Assembly: GCA_035996815.1 (NCBI GenBank)
Contig: DASYJF010000145.1
Coordinates: forward strand, 24,345 to 88,344
Reading direction: 5' to 3'
Length of the DNA stretch: 64,000 bases
From: Thermoanaerobaculia bacterium
GTDB lineage: Bacteria > Acidobacteriota > Thermoanaerobaculia > Gp7-AA8
In this document: one piece after another, positions 19,265 to 31,754 of the stretch
How the letters are laid out: each line of letters starts with the position of its first letter
Position numbering within the stretch: position 1 is the stretch's first letter
Notes under the pieces: generated by a model
What the model was told of the DNA's origin: nothing
The model's input: only the letters and a program-made list of their open reading frames with translations
Database searches by the model: none
Made by a program: the position numbers and the translations under genes

Positions 19265-19549
19265 TTACGTATCCAATCCTTCGCGCAAGTACTCCTCCTC
19301 CATCAGCTGAACGAAGAGCATCTCGTACTCGCGCGAGCGTGACGCCGGCGGCTTTTTCATCGTGGCGATGCGCCGCCGGACGTTTTCCTCGCGCTCTTCT
19401 TCGCGTTTCAGCTCGTCGGCCAACGCGTGGGCGATCGACTGGCGGACCACTTCGCGCTCCTTGAGCAGGGTGACGGACCGCGTACGCGTCATCGCCTCCA
19501 GAAGGTCGCGCGCGAGCTGCGTCACGCGCTCGCGCGAGATTTTGTGCAT
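19265..19549 (-). CDS. DUF507-like small protein immediately downstream of gyrA
   Basis: Charged helical 94-aa protein co-oriented with gyrA, 25 bp after it. Family assignment is from memory. Confidence 0.4.
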   Translation of the reverse strand: MHKISRERVTQLARDLLEAMTRTRSVTLLKEREVVRQSIAHALADELKREEEREENVRRRIATMKKPPASRSREYEMLFVQLMEEEYLREGLDT

Positions 19550-19573
19550 GCGCGATTGTACGTCGGCGTAAGC

Positions 19574-22201
19574 CTAGTGAATCGTGTCGTCGTCAGGCGT
19601 TTCGGAATCGGTCGATTCGGCGTCGTCCGCGGGGATCTCGTCTTCGCCGTCGTCCTTGTCCACCAGTTTCACCGCAGCGACGACCAGATCGTTCTCGTCG
19701 ATGTTGATGACGCGAACTCCCTGCGTGCTGCGGCCGATGGAGCGGATGTCAGCGACGTTCGTGCGGATGATCATCCCCTGCTCGGTGATGAGCAGGACCT
19801 GGTCGTCTTCGAAGACGTACGAGATGCCCGCGACCTTGCCGTTTTTCTCGGTCGTCTTGATGTTGGTGACGCCGATGCCGCCGCGCGACTGCAGGCGATA
19901 CGCGGAAACCGGCGTGCGTTTGCCGAAGCCTTTTTCGGTGACGGTGAGGACCTGGCCGCGCTCATCGGAGGCGACGATCTCAACATCGTCTGATTCCGAA
20001 TCGTTCTCGACGATCTCCGGCTCTTCACCCTTGGCAGGCGGCTCGGGCACCGGCTCGCCCGAGGCAGGGAGCACGTCCATCTCGACGACAGAATCGCCTT
20101 CGCGGAGCGAGATGCCTTTCACGCCGGCGGCGCCGCGACCCATCGGACGGACGCCGTTTTCGTTGAAACGGATGGCCATGCCGTCGTGCGTGCCGATGAA
20201 GATCTCGTCGTCACCCTGCGAAAGGCGGACGGCGTAGAGATCGTCGCCTTCGTTGATATCGATGGCGATGATGCCGGTGGCGCGGACGTTCGAGAACGCC
20301 GTGAGCTCCGTCTTCTTGATCTTGCCGGCGCGCGTGACCATGACCACGTACTTCGCGTCGTTGAAATTGCGGATGGTGAGCAGCGCGCGAACGCTTTCAT
20401 TCTGTTCGACAGTCAACAAGTTGACGATCGCTTTGCCGCGCGCATTCGACGCGACCTCGGGGATCTGATGCACTTTGATCCAGTACAGCCGGCCGCGGTC
20501 GGTGAAGACGAGCACGTACGAGTGCGCGCTGGCGACGAAGAGGTGCTCGACGATGTCCTCTTCCTTCGTCTGCATGCCGATGCGGCCTTTGCCGCCGCGG
20601 CGCTGCGCGCGGTACAGCGACAGCGGCGAGCGCTTGATGTAGCCGCCACGCGACACGGTGATGACCATGTCTTCGTCGGCGATCATGTCTTCGATCGTGA
20701 TGTCGCTGGCCTGCGGGACGATCTCGGTGCGCCGCACGTCGCCGTACGCTTCTTTGATCTCGCGCAATTCGGCGCTGATGATGCCGAGGACGAGCGACTC
20801 CGATCCGAGGATCTCGCGAAGGCGGCGGATGGTGGCCTGAACTTCTTCGTACTCGGCGACGATCTTCTCGCGCTCGAGACCGGTGAGGCGCTGGAGGCGC
20901 ATGTCGAGAATGGCCTGCGCCTGCACGTCGCTGAACTGCCAGCGTTCGATCAACCCGCTCTTCGCTTCCTGCGGGTTGCGGCTGCCGCGGATGAGCGAGA
21001 TCAGTTCGTCCAGAACGTCGAGCGCTTTGACCAGACCTTCGAGGATGTGGGCACGCTCCTCGGCCTTGCGCAGGTCGTAGCGCGTACGGCGGACGACGAT
21101 CTCCTTGCGATGCTCGACGAAATGGTGCAGCAACGTCGGGAGGTCCATGACCTCCGGCTTGTTGTTGACGATGGCCAGGAAGATGATGCCGAACGTGGTC
21201 TGCATCTGCGTGTTGCGATACAGGTTGTTCAGCACGACCTCGGCGATTGCATCGCGCTTCAGTTCGATGACGATGCGCATTCCTTCGCGGTCGGATTCGT
21301 CGCGAAGATCGGAAATACCTTCAATGCGCTTGTCGTGAACCAGCTCGGCGATTTTCTCGAGCAGGCGCTTCTTGTTCGTCATGTACGGGATTTCCGTCAC
21401 GACGATCTGCTCGCGCTCGCTCTTTTTCTGCGTTTCGATTGCTGCCCGGGCGCGGACCTGAATGATTCCGCGGCCGGTGTTGTACGCCTCGTAAATCCCT
21501 TCCATGCCGAAAATGAAACCAGCAGTTGGGAAATCGGGGCCGGGCATCACAGCCATCAGCTCTTTCACTGACGCTTGCGGATTTTCCATGACCATGAGAC
21601 ACGCGTCGATCACCTCGCCGAGGTTGTGCGGCGGGATGTTCGTGGCCATGCCGACAGCGATACCCGAGGAGCCATTGACGAGGAGGTTCGGATACTTCGC
21701 GGGCAGTACAGCCGGCTCGCGTTCGGTACCGTCGTAGTTGGGGACGAAATCGACAGTTTCTTTGTCGATGTCGTCGCGCAACAGCTCTTCAGCGAGCCGC
21801 GTAAGGCGAATTTCCGTGTAACGCATTGCGGCCGGATTGTCGCCATCGACCGAGCCGAAGTTTCCCTGGCCGTCGACGAGCCGATAGCGCATCGAGAAAT
21901 CCTGCGCCATACGCACGATCGAGTCATAAATCGCGCTGTCGCCGTGCGGGTGGTACTTACCCATTACGTCGCCGACGATACGCGCCGACTTCTTATACGC
22001 TTTGCTCGCGGTGTTTCCTTGCTCGTACATCCCGTAAAGGATGCGGCGATGCACTGGCTTGAGGCCATCGCGGACGTCGGGCAGCGCGCGGCCAATGATG
22101 ACGGACATCGCGTAGTCGAGATACGACTTGCGCATCTCGTCTTCGATATTGACGGGATAGCGCTGCTCGTTGTGTGTTGTGTAATCGAAATCGTCGCTCA
22201 T
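19574..22201 (-). CDS. gyrA: DNA gyrase subunit A
   Basis: …[17 protein letters not shown]… (active-site Tyr region), beta-pinwheel repeats and an acidic C-tail. Confidence 0.95.
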   Translation of the reverse strand: MSDDFDYTTHNEQRYPVNIEDEMRKSYLDYAMSVIIGRALPDVRDGLKPVHRRILYGMYEQGNTASKAYKKSARIVGDVMGKYHPHGDSAIYDSIVRMAQDFSMRYRLVDGQGNFGSVDGDNPAAMRYTEIRLTRLAEELLRDDIDKETVDFVPNYDGTEREPAVLPAKYPNLLVNGSSGIAVGMATNIPPHNLGEVIDACLMVMENPQASVKELMAVMPGPDFPTAGFIFGMEGIYEAYNTGRGIIQVRARAAIETQKKSEREQIVVTEIPYMTNKKRLLEKIAELVHDKRIEGISDLRDESDREGMRIVIELKRDAIAEVVLNNLYRNTQMQTTFGIIFLAIVNNKPEVMDLPTLLHHFVEHRKEIVVRRTRYDLRKAEERAHILEGLVKALDVLDELISLIRGSRNPQEAKSGLIERWQFSDVQAQAILDMRLQRLTGLEREKIVAEYEEVQATIRRLREILGSESLVLGIISAELREIKEAYGDVRRTEIVPQASDITIEDMIADEDMVITVSRGGYIKRSPLSLYRAQRRGGKGRIGMQTKEEDIVEHLFVASAHSYVLVFTDRGRLYWIKVHQIPEVASNARGKAIVNLLTVEQNESVRALLTIRNFNDAKYVVMVTRAGKIKKTELTAFSNVRATGIIAIDINEGDDLYAVRLSQGDDEIFIGTHDGMAIRFNENGVRPMGRGAAGVKGISLREGDSVVEMDVLPASGEPVPEPPAKGEEPEIVENDSESDDVEIVASDERGQVLTVTEKGFGKRTPVSAYRLQSRGGIGVTNIKTTEKNGKVAGISYVFEDDQVLLITEQGMIIRTNVADIRSIGRSTQGVRVINIDENDLVVAAVKLVDKDDGEDEIPADDAESTDSETPDDDTIH

Positions 22202-22277
22202 GTTTAGTGGTCAGTGGCTAGCGGCTAGTGGTCAGGAAGCGCGGCCTTTCTGGCCACTGACCACTTGCCTCTGGCCA

Positions 22278-24746
<2,469 letters not shown>

Positions 24747-24872
24747 TCAATTGCTTTCCGGCGTTGGTTGTGGCGGTAGGTGGCGCGTCTCCCGACGAGC
24801 CCGATTGCTGAGGTTTTACGCCGCGGTCGATAACCTGAATTGTATCGCGATTATTGCGTTCCACGGAACGTT

Positions 24873-25979
24873 TCACGGCTTTTCGATTGCCGCCGTAACT
24901 CTCCCGTTTTCAATCAGTAAGCGCCGGTGCGGCCCAGTCTCCAGCGTTCGCAGGAAACGCTCCTTTGCAGACGTCGCAAAAACCTGCGTTTGAGCCGGGA
25001 GTTTGACGAGCAGTTGCTCGAGGATTTCAAGATCGAGCTCGGCGTCGATGTCGTCCAGTAAAAAGAGCGCCGTCTCATCGAAACGACGCCGGAAAAGGGC
25101 CAGTTTCGCGAACTTCAAAAAGAGCACGACCATCTTCTGCTCGCCGCCGGAAAGCACCTCGGCGGCCGGCCGGCCATCGATAGAAAACGCGAGGACGTCG
25201 CGCTGCGGCCCGACCAGCGACATGCGCGCGCGCAACTCGTCGCGCCGAATGCGCGGCAGATCGTCGACGGCGTTCGGCTTGTAGTCGATCGCCAGATTTC
25301 GAATGTGATACCGATGCTCCGCGACGATTTGCGCGAACGCACCGCTCAGCGCCTCGGCATACGACGCCCGCCCGCGCTGTAGCGGCGCGGCGGCGTTCGA
25401 GAGCTCCTCATCCCAGGCATTGAGCGACGACGTGCTCCCGCTGGCCAGCAACGCGTTGCGTTGGCGCAATGCGCGGCCGTAGCGGCTGACCGCTTCGAGG
25501 TAACTCGGATCGACGCTGGCGATGCCGCGGTCGAGAAAGCGCCGCCGTTCTTCCGGCGCGCCGCGCAGGATGTCAAGCCGCGCTGACGAGTACGCGAAGA
25601 CGCTCATCGCATTCACATACGCCGGCAGCGTCACGCGCTCGCCGTTGATCAGCAGCGCGCGGCGCCGCGTCTCGCCTGTCTCCAGGCCGACGGAGAGCGT
25701 CTTGTCGACGCCGAATCGGTGCAGCACGCCAGTGACGAACACGCTCGGCGATCCGAACTGGAACACGCTGCCGATGCGCGCGGTGCGAAACGATTTCGTC
25801 GTAGCCAGAAAGTAGATCGCTTCGAGCAGGTTCGTCTTTCCCTGCCCGTTCCGACCGACCACGATGTTGACCTGATCGTGAAAGGCCACCTCTTCCGCGC
25901 CGAGGTTGCGGAAGGACTGAGTTGTGAGGTTACGGAGAATCAAATGGGATCCTGAAGAGGCTGCGAAGAAACGCTGCAA
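24873..25979 (-). CDS. recF: DNA replication and repair protein RecF (true start probably ~30 nt inside the ORF)
   Basis: Walker A GRNGQGKTNLLEAIYF, signature LSGGEQK, Walker B LLLDD. Confidence 0.85.
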   Translation of the reverse strand: MQRFFAASSGSHLILRNLTTQSFRNLGAEEVAFHDQVNIVVGRNGQGKTNLLEAIYFLATTKSFRTARIGSVFQFGSPSVFVTGVLHRFGVDKTLSVGLETGETRRRALLINGERVTLPAYVNAMSVFAYSSARLDILRGAPEERRRFLDRGIASVDPSYLEAVSRYGRALRQRNALLASGSTSSLNAWDEELSNAAAPLQRGRASYAEALSGAFAQIVAEHRYHIRNLAIDYKPNAVDDLPRIRRDELRARMSLVGPQRDVLAFSIDGRPAAEVLSGGEQKMVVLFLKFAKLALFRRRFDETALFLLDDIDAELDLEILEQLLVKLPAQTQVFATSAKERFLRTLETGPHRRLLIENGRVTAAIEKP

Positions 25980-25994
25980 CTCGCCGCGCGGGCG

Positions 25995-26204
25995 CGCGCG
26001 AAGGCGCGCTTCACAAGCCTAGCCCCGCGCTTGGCGCGGGGAAAACGAACGTGGCCGAATTGCGTGGCCGCGGAGTCGGCCACCACGAAGTGCTCGCGTA
26101 GCGTGACGCTTTGTAGCGGGCCGCCTCCGCGGCCGCACATTGTTGGCACTCCCATACCCCGCGCTGAGCGCGGGGCTAAGATTGTCGAGCGCGCCTTCGC
26201 GCGC
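25995..26204. repeat. ~210-bp structured element: two ~47-bp inverted arms (each containing GC hairpins) around a 115-bp core, filling the dnaN–recF spacer
   Basis: 25995-26041 is approximately the reverse complement of 26157-26204. Each arm carries its own hairpin, ccccgcgc-ttgg-cgcgggg and ccccgcgc-tgag-cgcgggg. Confidence 0.55.
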
Positions 26205-26250
26205 TGGTGCACGCTGAGGCGTAGATTTTCCCGCAACCTCTGACGCCGGC

Positions 26251-27381
26251 TCACGCCGTCAAACGCATCGGCATGACGACGTACAAATACTCGTACGCCA
26301 GATCTGCGTCATTCGACGACGGTCGGCCGATGCACTGGCTGTTCTCGTCCTTCAGATCGAGGGAAACCTGCTGCGTGTCGCAGACGCTCAAAAAGTCGGT
26401 CACGTACGCCGCGTTGAGGCCGACGAAGAACGGGTTGCCGGCGTAGTCGATGGGAACTGTCTCGCGCGCGTCGCCGAGCTCCGGATTGGTTGACGACACC
26501 GTCAGTTTGCCCGGCGCGAAATCGAATCGCACCGCGCGCGTGCGCTCGTTGGCGACGAGCGAGATGCGGCGGATCGTGGCCAGCAGCCGCTCGCGGTCGA
26601 CGAGGACTTTGCGATCGTTGTCGCGAGCGATGACTTCCATGTAGTTCGGAAAGTTGACGTCGATCATGCGCGCCAGCAGTCGGCGGTCGGCAGCCTCGAA
26701 GAAAAGGTGATTCTCGGAGACGCCGAATCGGACGTTGCCGTCTTCGCCGGCTTCGAGTCGCAGGATCTCTTCCATCGCCTTGCGGGGGATGAGAATGGTC
26801 AGGTCGGCGTCTTTCGACTTGCCGTTGCTGCTTTGCGGGAAGTTGATCAGCGCCATCCGATGGCCGTCGGTGGCCACCATCTCCATCTTGGCCGGTTGAA
26901 CCTTCAGCAGCGCGCCGTTGAGCTGAAAGCGCGTCTCCTCGTGCGTGATGGCGAACTTCACCTTGGCCACCATCGTTTTCAATTCTTCGAGCGGGATGTC
27001 GTACGACTGCGTCGCGTTCACCGTCGGCAGCGTCGGGTAGTCCTCGGCGGGCAATCCCAGGAGCCGGAACTTGGCGGTGCCGGAGTCGACGAGCAGCGAG
27101 TTGTTTTCCTGAAGGGTGATGTGAACGTCTTCGTCGGGCAGCGAGCGGACGATGTCGAAAAGGCGTTTCGCTTCGATGGTGACGCCGCCGGGCGCGGTGA
27201 CGCGCGCGGCGCAGGAGCTGAGGATGGTGACGTCGAGATCCGTTGCAGCCATCTGCAGCCGTCCGTCGGCGGCGCGGAGCAGAACATTCGAAAGGATCGG
27301 AATCGTGGAGCGTTTTTCGACGACTCCCTGGCAAAGCTGCAACTCTTTCTGAAGATCAGCTTTTGCGACGGTCAGCTCCAT
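26251..27381 (-). CDS. dnaN: DNA polymerase III beta sliding clamp
   Basis: 376 aa. MELTVAKADLQKEL…ATDLDV…: three-domain clamp architecture. Confidence 0.9.
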   Translation of the reverse strand: MELTVAKADLQKELQLCQGVVEKRSTIPILSNVLLRAADGRLQMAATDLDVTILSSCAARVTAPGGVTIEAKRLFDIVRSLPDEDVHITLQENNSLLVDSGTAKFRLLGLPAEDYPTLPTVNATQSYDIPLEELKTMVAKVKFAITHEETRFQLNGALLKVQPAKMEMVATDGHRMALINFPQSSNGKSKDADLTILIPRKAMEEILRLEAGEDGNVRFGVSENHLFFEAADRRLLARMIDVNFPNYMEVIARDNDRKVLVDRERLLATIRRISLVANERTRAVRFDFAPGKLTVSSTNPELGDARETVPIDYAGNPFFVGLNAAYVTDFLSVCDTQQVSLDLKDENSQCIGRPSSNDADLAYEYLYVVMPMRLTA

Positions 27382-27429
27382 GTCTCTTCCTTCAGAACAA
27401 AAGTCTTTTTAGTTAGTCGTGGAAGCAGT

Positions 27430-27628
27430 GGATGCGTGCGGAAAAACCTGGCATCGGGCTGCAAAGGTTTCGAAAGTATAGCAGTTCCTTCCGGAGTGAA
27501 ACTGCGGGTTTCGTCGCGGAAAAGCGAAGGAGATTTCCTCCGTTTTCCGCAGTCGTCGGGCATCGCGCGAGCGGCGCCTTTTTTGTCCGCAGGATTTGGT
27601 GGGACGTTTCCGCAGGGGCTGTGGATTT
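27430..27628. promoter_or_regulatory. Putative oriC module 1: a cluster of at least 6 DnaA-box-like 9-mers (TTTTCCGCA family) in the dnaN–dnaA spacer
   Basis: tgcggaaaa 27437-45; gcggaaaag 27516-24; ttttccgca 27543-51; ttgtccgca 27583-91; gtttccgca 27606-14; tgtggattt 27620-28. Confidence 0.45.
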
Positions 27629-28935
27629 CATCGAAACTGATTCATCAGCCCTTCGAGCACGCGCGCGAACTGCGGATCGTTCTGCATCTTCTCGTCGATC
27701 TTTTCGACCGAGTACATCACCGTCGAGTGATGCTTGTTATTGAAGACGCGGCCGATCTCCGGGTACGACAGATCCGTCAGGTGCTTGCAGAGATACATGG
27801 CCACCTGGCGCGGGAAGGCGACCGTCTGCGCGTTCGACTTCGACTTCAGATTCGTGACCGTCGTTCCGTAGTGCGCGGCGACGACGCGCATGATCTCGGT
27901 CGACGTAATCGGCTTGTTTTCCTTCGACAGCAGTTCTTTCAACGCTTCCTTCGTCAGTTCGAGTGAAAGGTGCTTTTGCCCTGCCATCGAGGCGTACACG
28001 ACGATGCGGTTGAGCAGTCCTTCCAGTTCGCGAATGTTCGTGCGCACGCGCTCGGCCACGAACAGCGCCGCGTCCTGCGGTAGATCGATCGTTCTCTCAT
28101 CGGCTTTTTTGCGGAGGATAGCCACCTTGGTCTCGAGGTCCGGCGGCTGGATGTCGGCGATGAGGCCCCATTCGAATCGCGAGCGAAGGCGCTCCTCGAG
28201 CGTCGTGATTTCTTTCGGCGGAGCATCCGAGGTGAAGACGATCTGCTTCTGGGCCTCGTAGAGCGCGTTGAAGGTATGGAAGAACTCCTCCTGCGTCTGC
28301 TCTTTGCCCGCCAGGAACTGAATGTCGTCGAGAAGCAGCGCGTCCACCTTGCGATAGCGGTCGCGGAACTGCTGCATGCGGTCGTAACGGATTGAGGTAA
28401 TGAACTCCGTGACGAAGGAGTCGGCCGACATGTAGACGATTTTCGATCCGGACATACTGTCGCGAAGCTGTTGGCCGATGGCTTGGATCAGATGGGTCTT
28501 GCCCAATCCGGCGCCGCCATAGATGAAGAGCGGATTTAAGGATCTCGCTGGATTCTCCGCGATCGACTTCGACGCCGCGAAGGCCAGCTCGTTCGACTTG
28601 CCGACTACGAACGTCTCGAACCGGTAGCGCGGATTGAAAATCGAGAGGGGCAGGTCGGTCGGCGGCGGTCCGAGCGGGACGTTCATCTCGCTGGTGCCCT
28701 CGGTGTCGGCGACGAGGTGCAGGTTGAGATGATCCGTCGACATCTCGTCGAGGATGGATCGGATCTGCTGCGCGTAGTTCTGGCGGATCTCGGACACGAA
28801 CCGCTGGGAAGGGACGCTTACGTCGATCGTGTCGCCCTTCTGGGCGAGGAAACGGGTCGGAGCGAACCACGTCTCAAATTGAGTCCTGTCAATGGTTTGC
28901 TCCAGCCGGTCGAGGACTTGCTTCCAGAGATTCAT
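27628..28935 (-). CDS. dnaA: Chromosomal replication initiator DnaA (start at MNLWKQV; the upstream 88 codons of the track ORF only translate a microsatellite)
   Basis: AAA+ Walker A GGAGLGKTHL and a domain IV HTH (…VAFPRQVAMYLCKHLTDLSYPEIGRVFN…HSTV). Confidence 0.9.
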   Translation of the reverse strand: MNLWKQVLDRLEQTIDRTQFETWFAPTRFLAQKGDTIDVSVPSQRFVSEIRQNYAQQIRSILDEMSTDHLNLHLVADTEGTSEMNVPLGPPPTDLPLSIFNPRYRFETFVVGKSNELAFAASKSIAENPARSLNPLFIYGGAGLGKTHLIQAIGQQLRDSMSGSKIVYMSADSFVTEFITSIRYDRMQQFRDRYRKVDALLLDDIQFLAGKEQTQEEFFHTFNALYEAQKQIVFTSDAPPKEITTLEERLRSRFEWGLIADIQPPDLETKVAILRKKADERTIDLPQDAALFVAERVRTNIRELEGLLNRIVVYASMAGQKHLSLELTKEALKELLSKENKPITSTEIMRVVAAHYGTTVTNLKSKSNAQTVAFPRQVAMYLCKHLTDLSYPEIGRVFNNKHHSTVMYSVEKIDEKMQNDPQFARVLEGLMNQFR

Positions 28936-29130
28936 CGCGGATTTCACAGAGGGCACGGCCAAGTCCACTGACTCTAATAATCCGCAGCTTTTCAACACCT
29001 GCGGAAAATCCGGACCTGAAAAAGGGGAGGCGAAGATAGCACAAACGTAGGAGTGGGGAGTGGCATTGGGATCCTCGGGAGTCGGGAGCCGGAAGCCCGG
29101 AGATTGACGAAGGGATATGCGTTCGCCTTT

Positions 29131-29172
29131 CCGACCCCCGACCCCCGACCCCCGACCCCCGACCCCCGACCC
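29131..29172. repeat. Hexanucleotide microsatellite (CCGACC)x6 plus one imperfect unit, upstream of dnaA; G-rich on the opposite strand (GGGGGTC)n
   Basis: Read directly. Flanked by the inverted pair gtaggagtggggagtgg (29047-63) / ccactccccactccctac (29198-215). Confidence 0.85.
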
Positions 29173-29326
29173 CCGAGGCCCCGATCTCCCACTCCCCACT
29201 CCCTACACCCCACTCCCCGGAATAGCCCGCTATGACCAATGGTTCCGCCCCGTCGCTGGCTGGTTTGACGACCTTCCGACCCGCCGCTATACTCCCCGCC
29301 TTCTTTTTCAGAAGCTTAAGGAAATC

Positions 29327-29461
29327 ATGAAGCGTACATTTCAGCCGAATAACCGCCGCCGCAAGCGCACGCACGGCTTTCTGGTCCGGATGCGGACCAA
29401 AGACGGGCAGGCGGTGCTTTCACGGCGCCGCCGCAAGGGCCGCAAGCGCCTGGCGGTCTAG
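29327..29461 (+). CDS. rpmH: 50S ribosomal protein L34
   Basis: [44 protein letters not shown]. Confidence 0.9.
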   Translation: MKRTFQPNNRRRKRTHGFLVRMRTKDGQAVLSRRRRKGRKRLAV

Positions 29462-29464
29462 CCT

Positions 29465-29863
29465 TTGTCAGCCGATGCCGGCGGACGTTCCGCCAGCTCC
29501 GAGGCTCTGCCGAAAGAGAAACGATTGGCCAAACGCCGCGAGTTCCTTCGCGTCTACGAAGCCGGCCGCAAACTCTTTTCCCGATACAGCGTACTGTTCT
29601 ATGCCGCGAACGACCTCCCGTATTCGCGCATCGGCATCACCGCGACAAAAAAAAGTGGCAAGGCAAATGTGCGCAACCGGCTGAAACGGTGGACCCGCGA
29701 GGTCTACCGGCGTCAGCGCGGTCCCCTCGACCTCGACAGCCGCTCGCTCGACGTCGTCGTCAACGTGAAGCCAAATGCCGTGCAGGCGTCGTTCGGCGAC
29801 TACAGCCTCGACCTGCAACGCGCGCTCAAGCGCGTCGTGACCGAGAGCGGCGCCACCCGATGA
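29465..29863 (+). CDS. rnpA: RNase P protein component
   Basis: Position directly after rpmH, basic RNR motif (KANVRNRLKR), size ~130 aa. Confidence 0.8.
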   Translation: MSADAGGRSASSEALPKEKRLAKRREFLRVYEAGRKLFSRYSVLFYAANDLPYSRIGITATKKSGKANVRNRLKRWTREVYRRQRGPLDLDSRSLDVVVNVKPNAVQASFGDYSLDLQRALKRVVTESGATR

Positions 29864-29866
29864 GCC

Positions 29867-30076
29867 ATGCGCGCCCTCGCTCTCGCCCCGCTCCGTTTCT
29901 ACAAGCGATTTCTCTCCCCGCTGCTGCCGCCGATGTGCCGCTTCGATCCCACCTGCTCGATTTACATGATGCAGGCGATCGAAAAGCACGGCACACTGCG
30001 CGGCGTCTGGCTCGGCATCCGGCGCCTGGCGCGTTGCCACCCGTTCAATCCTGGAGGTTGGGACCCCGTCCCTTGA
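29867..30076 (+). CDS. yidD: Membrane protein insertion efficiency factor YidD
   Basis: …[33 protein letters not shown]… signature. Confidence 0.85.
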   Translation: MRALALAPLRFYKRFLSPLLPPMCRFDPTCSIYMMQAIEKHGTLRGVWLGIRRLARCHPFNPGGWDPVP

Positions 30077-30077
30077 G

Positions 30078-31745
30078 ATGGAAAAACGAATCTTTGCGGC
30101 AGTACTGATCTCGATCGGATTCCTGTGGCTGTGGGCGGCTGTGGCGCCGAAGCTCTTTCCCGATCTGATGAAAAAGCCGGTGCCGGCGGCGACTTCGACC
30201 ACGACAACTGCGACGACTGCTTCTTCGCAGCCGCCGCCAGTGACCGCGACAACAACCACAACCGCGACGCCGGCCGTCGAAGCGCCGGTTACTGCTGCTG
30301 CCGTCGCCCCGATTGCTGCGACCGCGCAGACGATCACGAAGGTCGGGTCGCCCGACTTCGTGGCGAAGTTCTCGAACCGCGGCGCCGAGCTGGTCTCGTT
30401 TCAGCTCACGCACTACAAAGCGAAGCCGAGCGACAAGAACGATCAGACGAACGTCGAGCTGGTCAAAGAGCGTGAGCCGGGTCGCACCGACTATCCGTTC
30501 GCCATCGAAGCGACCGACGCCAACTTCATGCATCGCGCGAACGCGGCGCTGTACGCCGTCCGCGAGTTCGACGAAAAGGGCACACATGTCGTCGAGTACC
30601 AATGGTCCGACGGCGCGCATGCGGTGACCAAGACCTTTCGCTTCACCGGCGAGTACCTCTTCAACTTCGCGGTGTCCGTTACGCCGCCGCTTCCGTACCG
30701 CGTCGCCATCGGTCCCGGAATCCGCACACTCGGGCCTGACGAAAAGGACAACCAGTTCATCGTCACGGGCAACGGTGTCGTGCAGCGCGACGACAGCCTG
30801 AAGAGCATCAATCGCGAGAAGGCCGACACGCTGAGCATCTTCCCGGCCGTGCAGTACGTCGGCATCCAGGACAACTACTTCCTCTCCGTCTTGCGTCCGG
30901 AGAAGTCGGCCGGCGCGATCATCCGCGCGATCGACGTCCCCGCGGTCGAGAAAAAAGAGAAACGACGCGAGCTCTACGCCGCCGTCAACGCGGCGCCGGA
31001 CGGCAACGTCTCCGGCGCGGCATTCTTCGGCCCGAAAGAGGCTAAGGTCGTCGATCGCTACGGCTTCGAAAAGACGCTGCAGCTCGGCGTCTTCGGCATC
31101 ATCGCCCGCTTCTTCCTCGCTGCTCTGCTCTGGCTGAACAAGTTCACGAAGAACTACGGCTGGGCCATCATCGTCCTGACTCTCATCATCAAACTCGTGC
31201 TCTATCCGCTGCAGCACAAGTGGCTGATCGGCATGAAGAAGATGCAGAAGCTGCAGCCGAAGCAGGAGGCGATCAAGGCCAAGTACAAGAAGGCCAGGAC
31301 CGATCCCGAGCAGAAGCAGAAGATGAACATGGAGATGATGAAGCTGTACCAGCAGGAAGGGATCAATCCTGCCGGCGGCTGTCTCCCGTTCGTGCTGCAA
31401 ATCCCGATTCTGTGGGGCTTCTACGGTCTGCTGTCGCACGCCATCGAGCTGCGCGGCGCGCCCTTCATCTTCTGGATTCACGACCTGTCGATGAAGGACC
31501 CGTACTACATCACGCCGCTGCTGATGACGGTTACGATGTTCATCCAGCAGGCCATCACGCCGTCGACGGCGGATCCGGCGCAGAAGAAGATGTTCATGAT
31601 CATGCCGCTGGTGATGGGATGGATTTTCAAGGAGTTCCCGACCGGCGTCGTGCTTTACTGGCTGATGCAGAATCTGCTGACGATCGTGCAGCAGCTCCTG
31701 ATGAACAAATTCACCGATCCCGCGGCCGCGCCGCCGGGAAAATGA
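30078..31745 (+). CDS. yidC: Membrane protein insertase YidC
   Basis: N-terminal TM, large periplasmic domain, and a conserved C-terminal 5-TM core (…GWAIIVLTLIIKLVLYPL…GCLPFVLQIPILWGFY…). Confidence 0.9.
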   Translation: MEKRIFAAVLISIGFLWLWAAVAPKLFPDLMKKPVPAATSTTTTATTASSQPPPVTATTTTTATPAVEAPVTAAAVAPIAATAQTITKVGSPDFVAKFSNRGAELVSFQLTHYKAKPSDKNDQTNVELVKEREPGRTDYPFAIEATDANFMHRANAALYAVREFDEKGTHVVEYQWSDGAHAVTKTFRFTGEYLFNFAVSVTPPLPYRVAIGPGIRTLGPDEKDNQFIVTGNGVVQRDDSLKSINREKADTLSIFPAVQYVGIQDNYFLSVLRPEKSAGAIIRAIDVPAVEKKEKRRELYAAVNAAPDGNVSGAAFFGPKEAKVVDRYGFEKTLQLGVFGIIARFFLAALLWLNKFTKNYGWAIIVLTLIIKLVLYPLQHKWLIGMKKMQKLQPKQEAIKAKYKKARTDPEQKQKMNMEMMKLYQQEGINPAGGCLPFVLQIPILWGFYGLLSHAIELRGAPFIFWIHDLSMKDPYYITPLLMTVTMFIQQAITPSTADPAQKKMFMIMPLVMGWIFKEFPTGVVLYWLMQNLLTIVQQLLMNKFTDPAAAPPGK

Positions 31746-31754
31746 TCAACGGAC

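Noticed and set aside
28936-29199. N-terminal 88-codon extension of the dnaA ORF ([22 protein letters not shown]…)
   Set aside because: It is simply the translation of the (CCGACC)n microsatellite and G-rich flanks. The conserved DnaA N-terminus starts at MNLWKQVLDRL.
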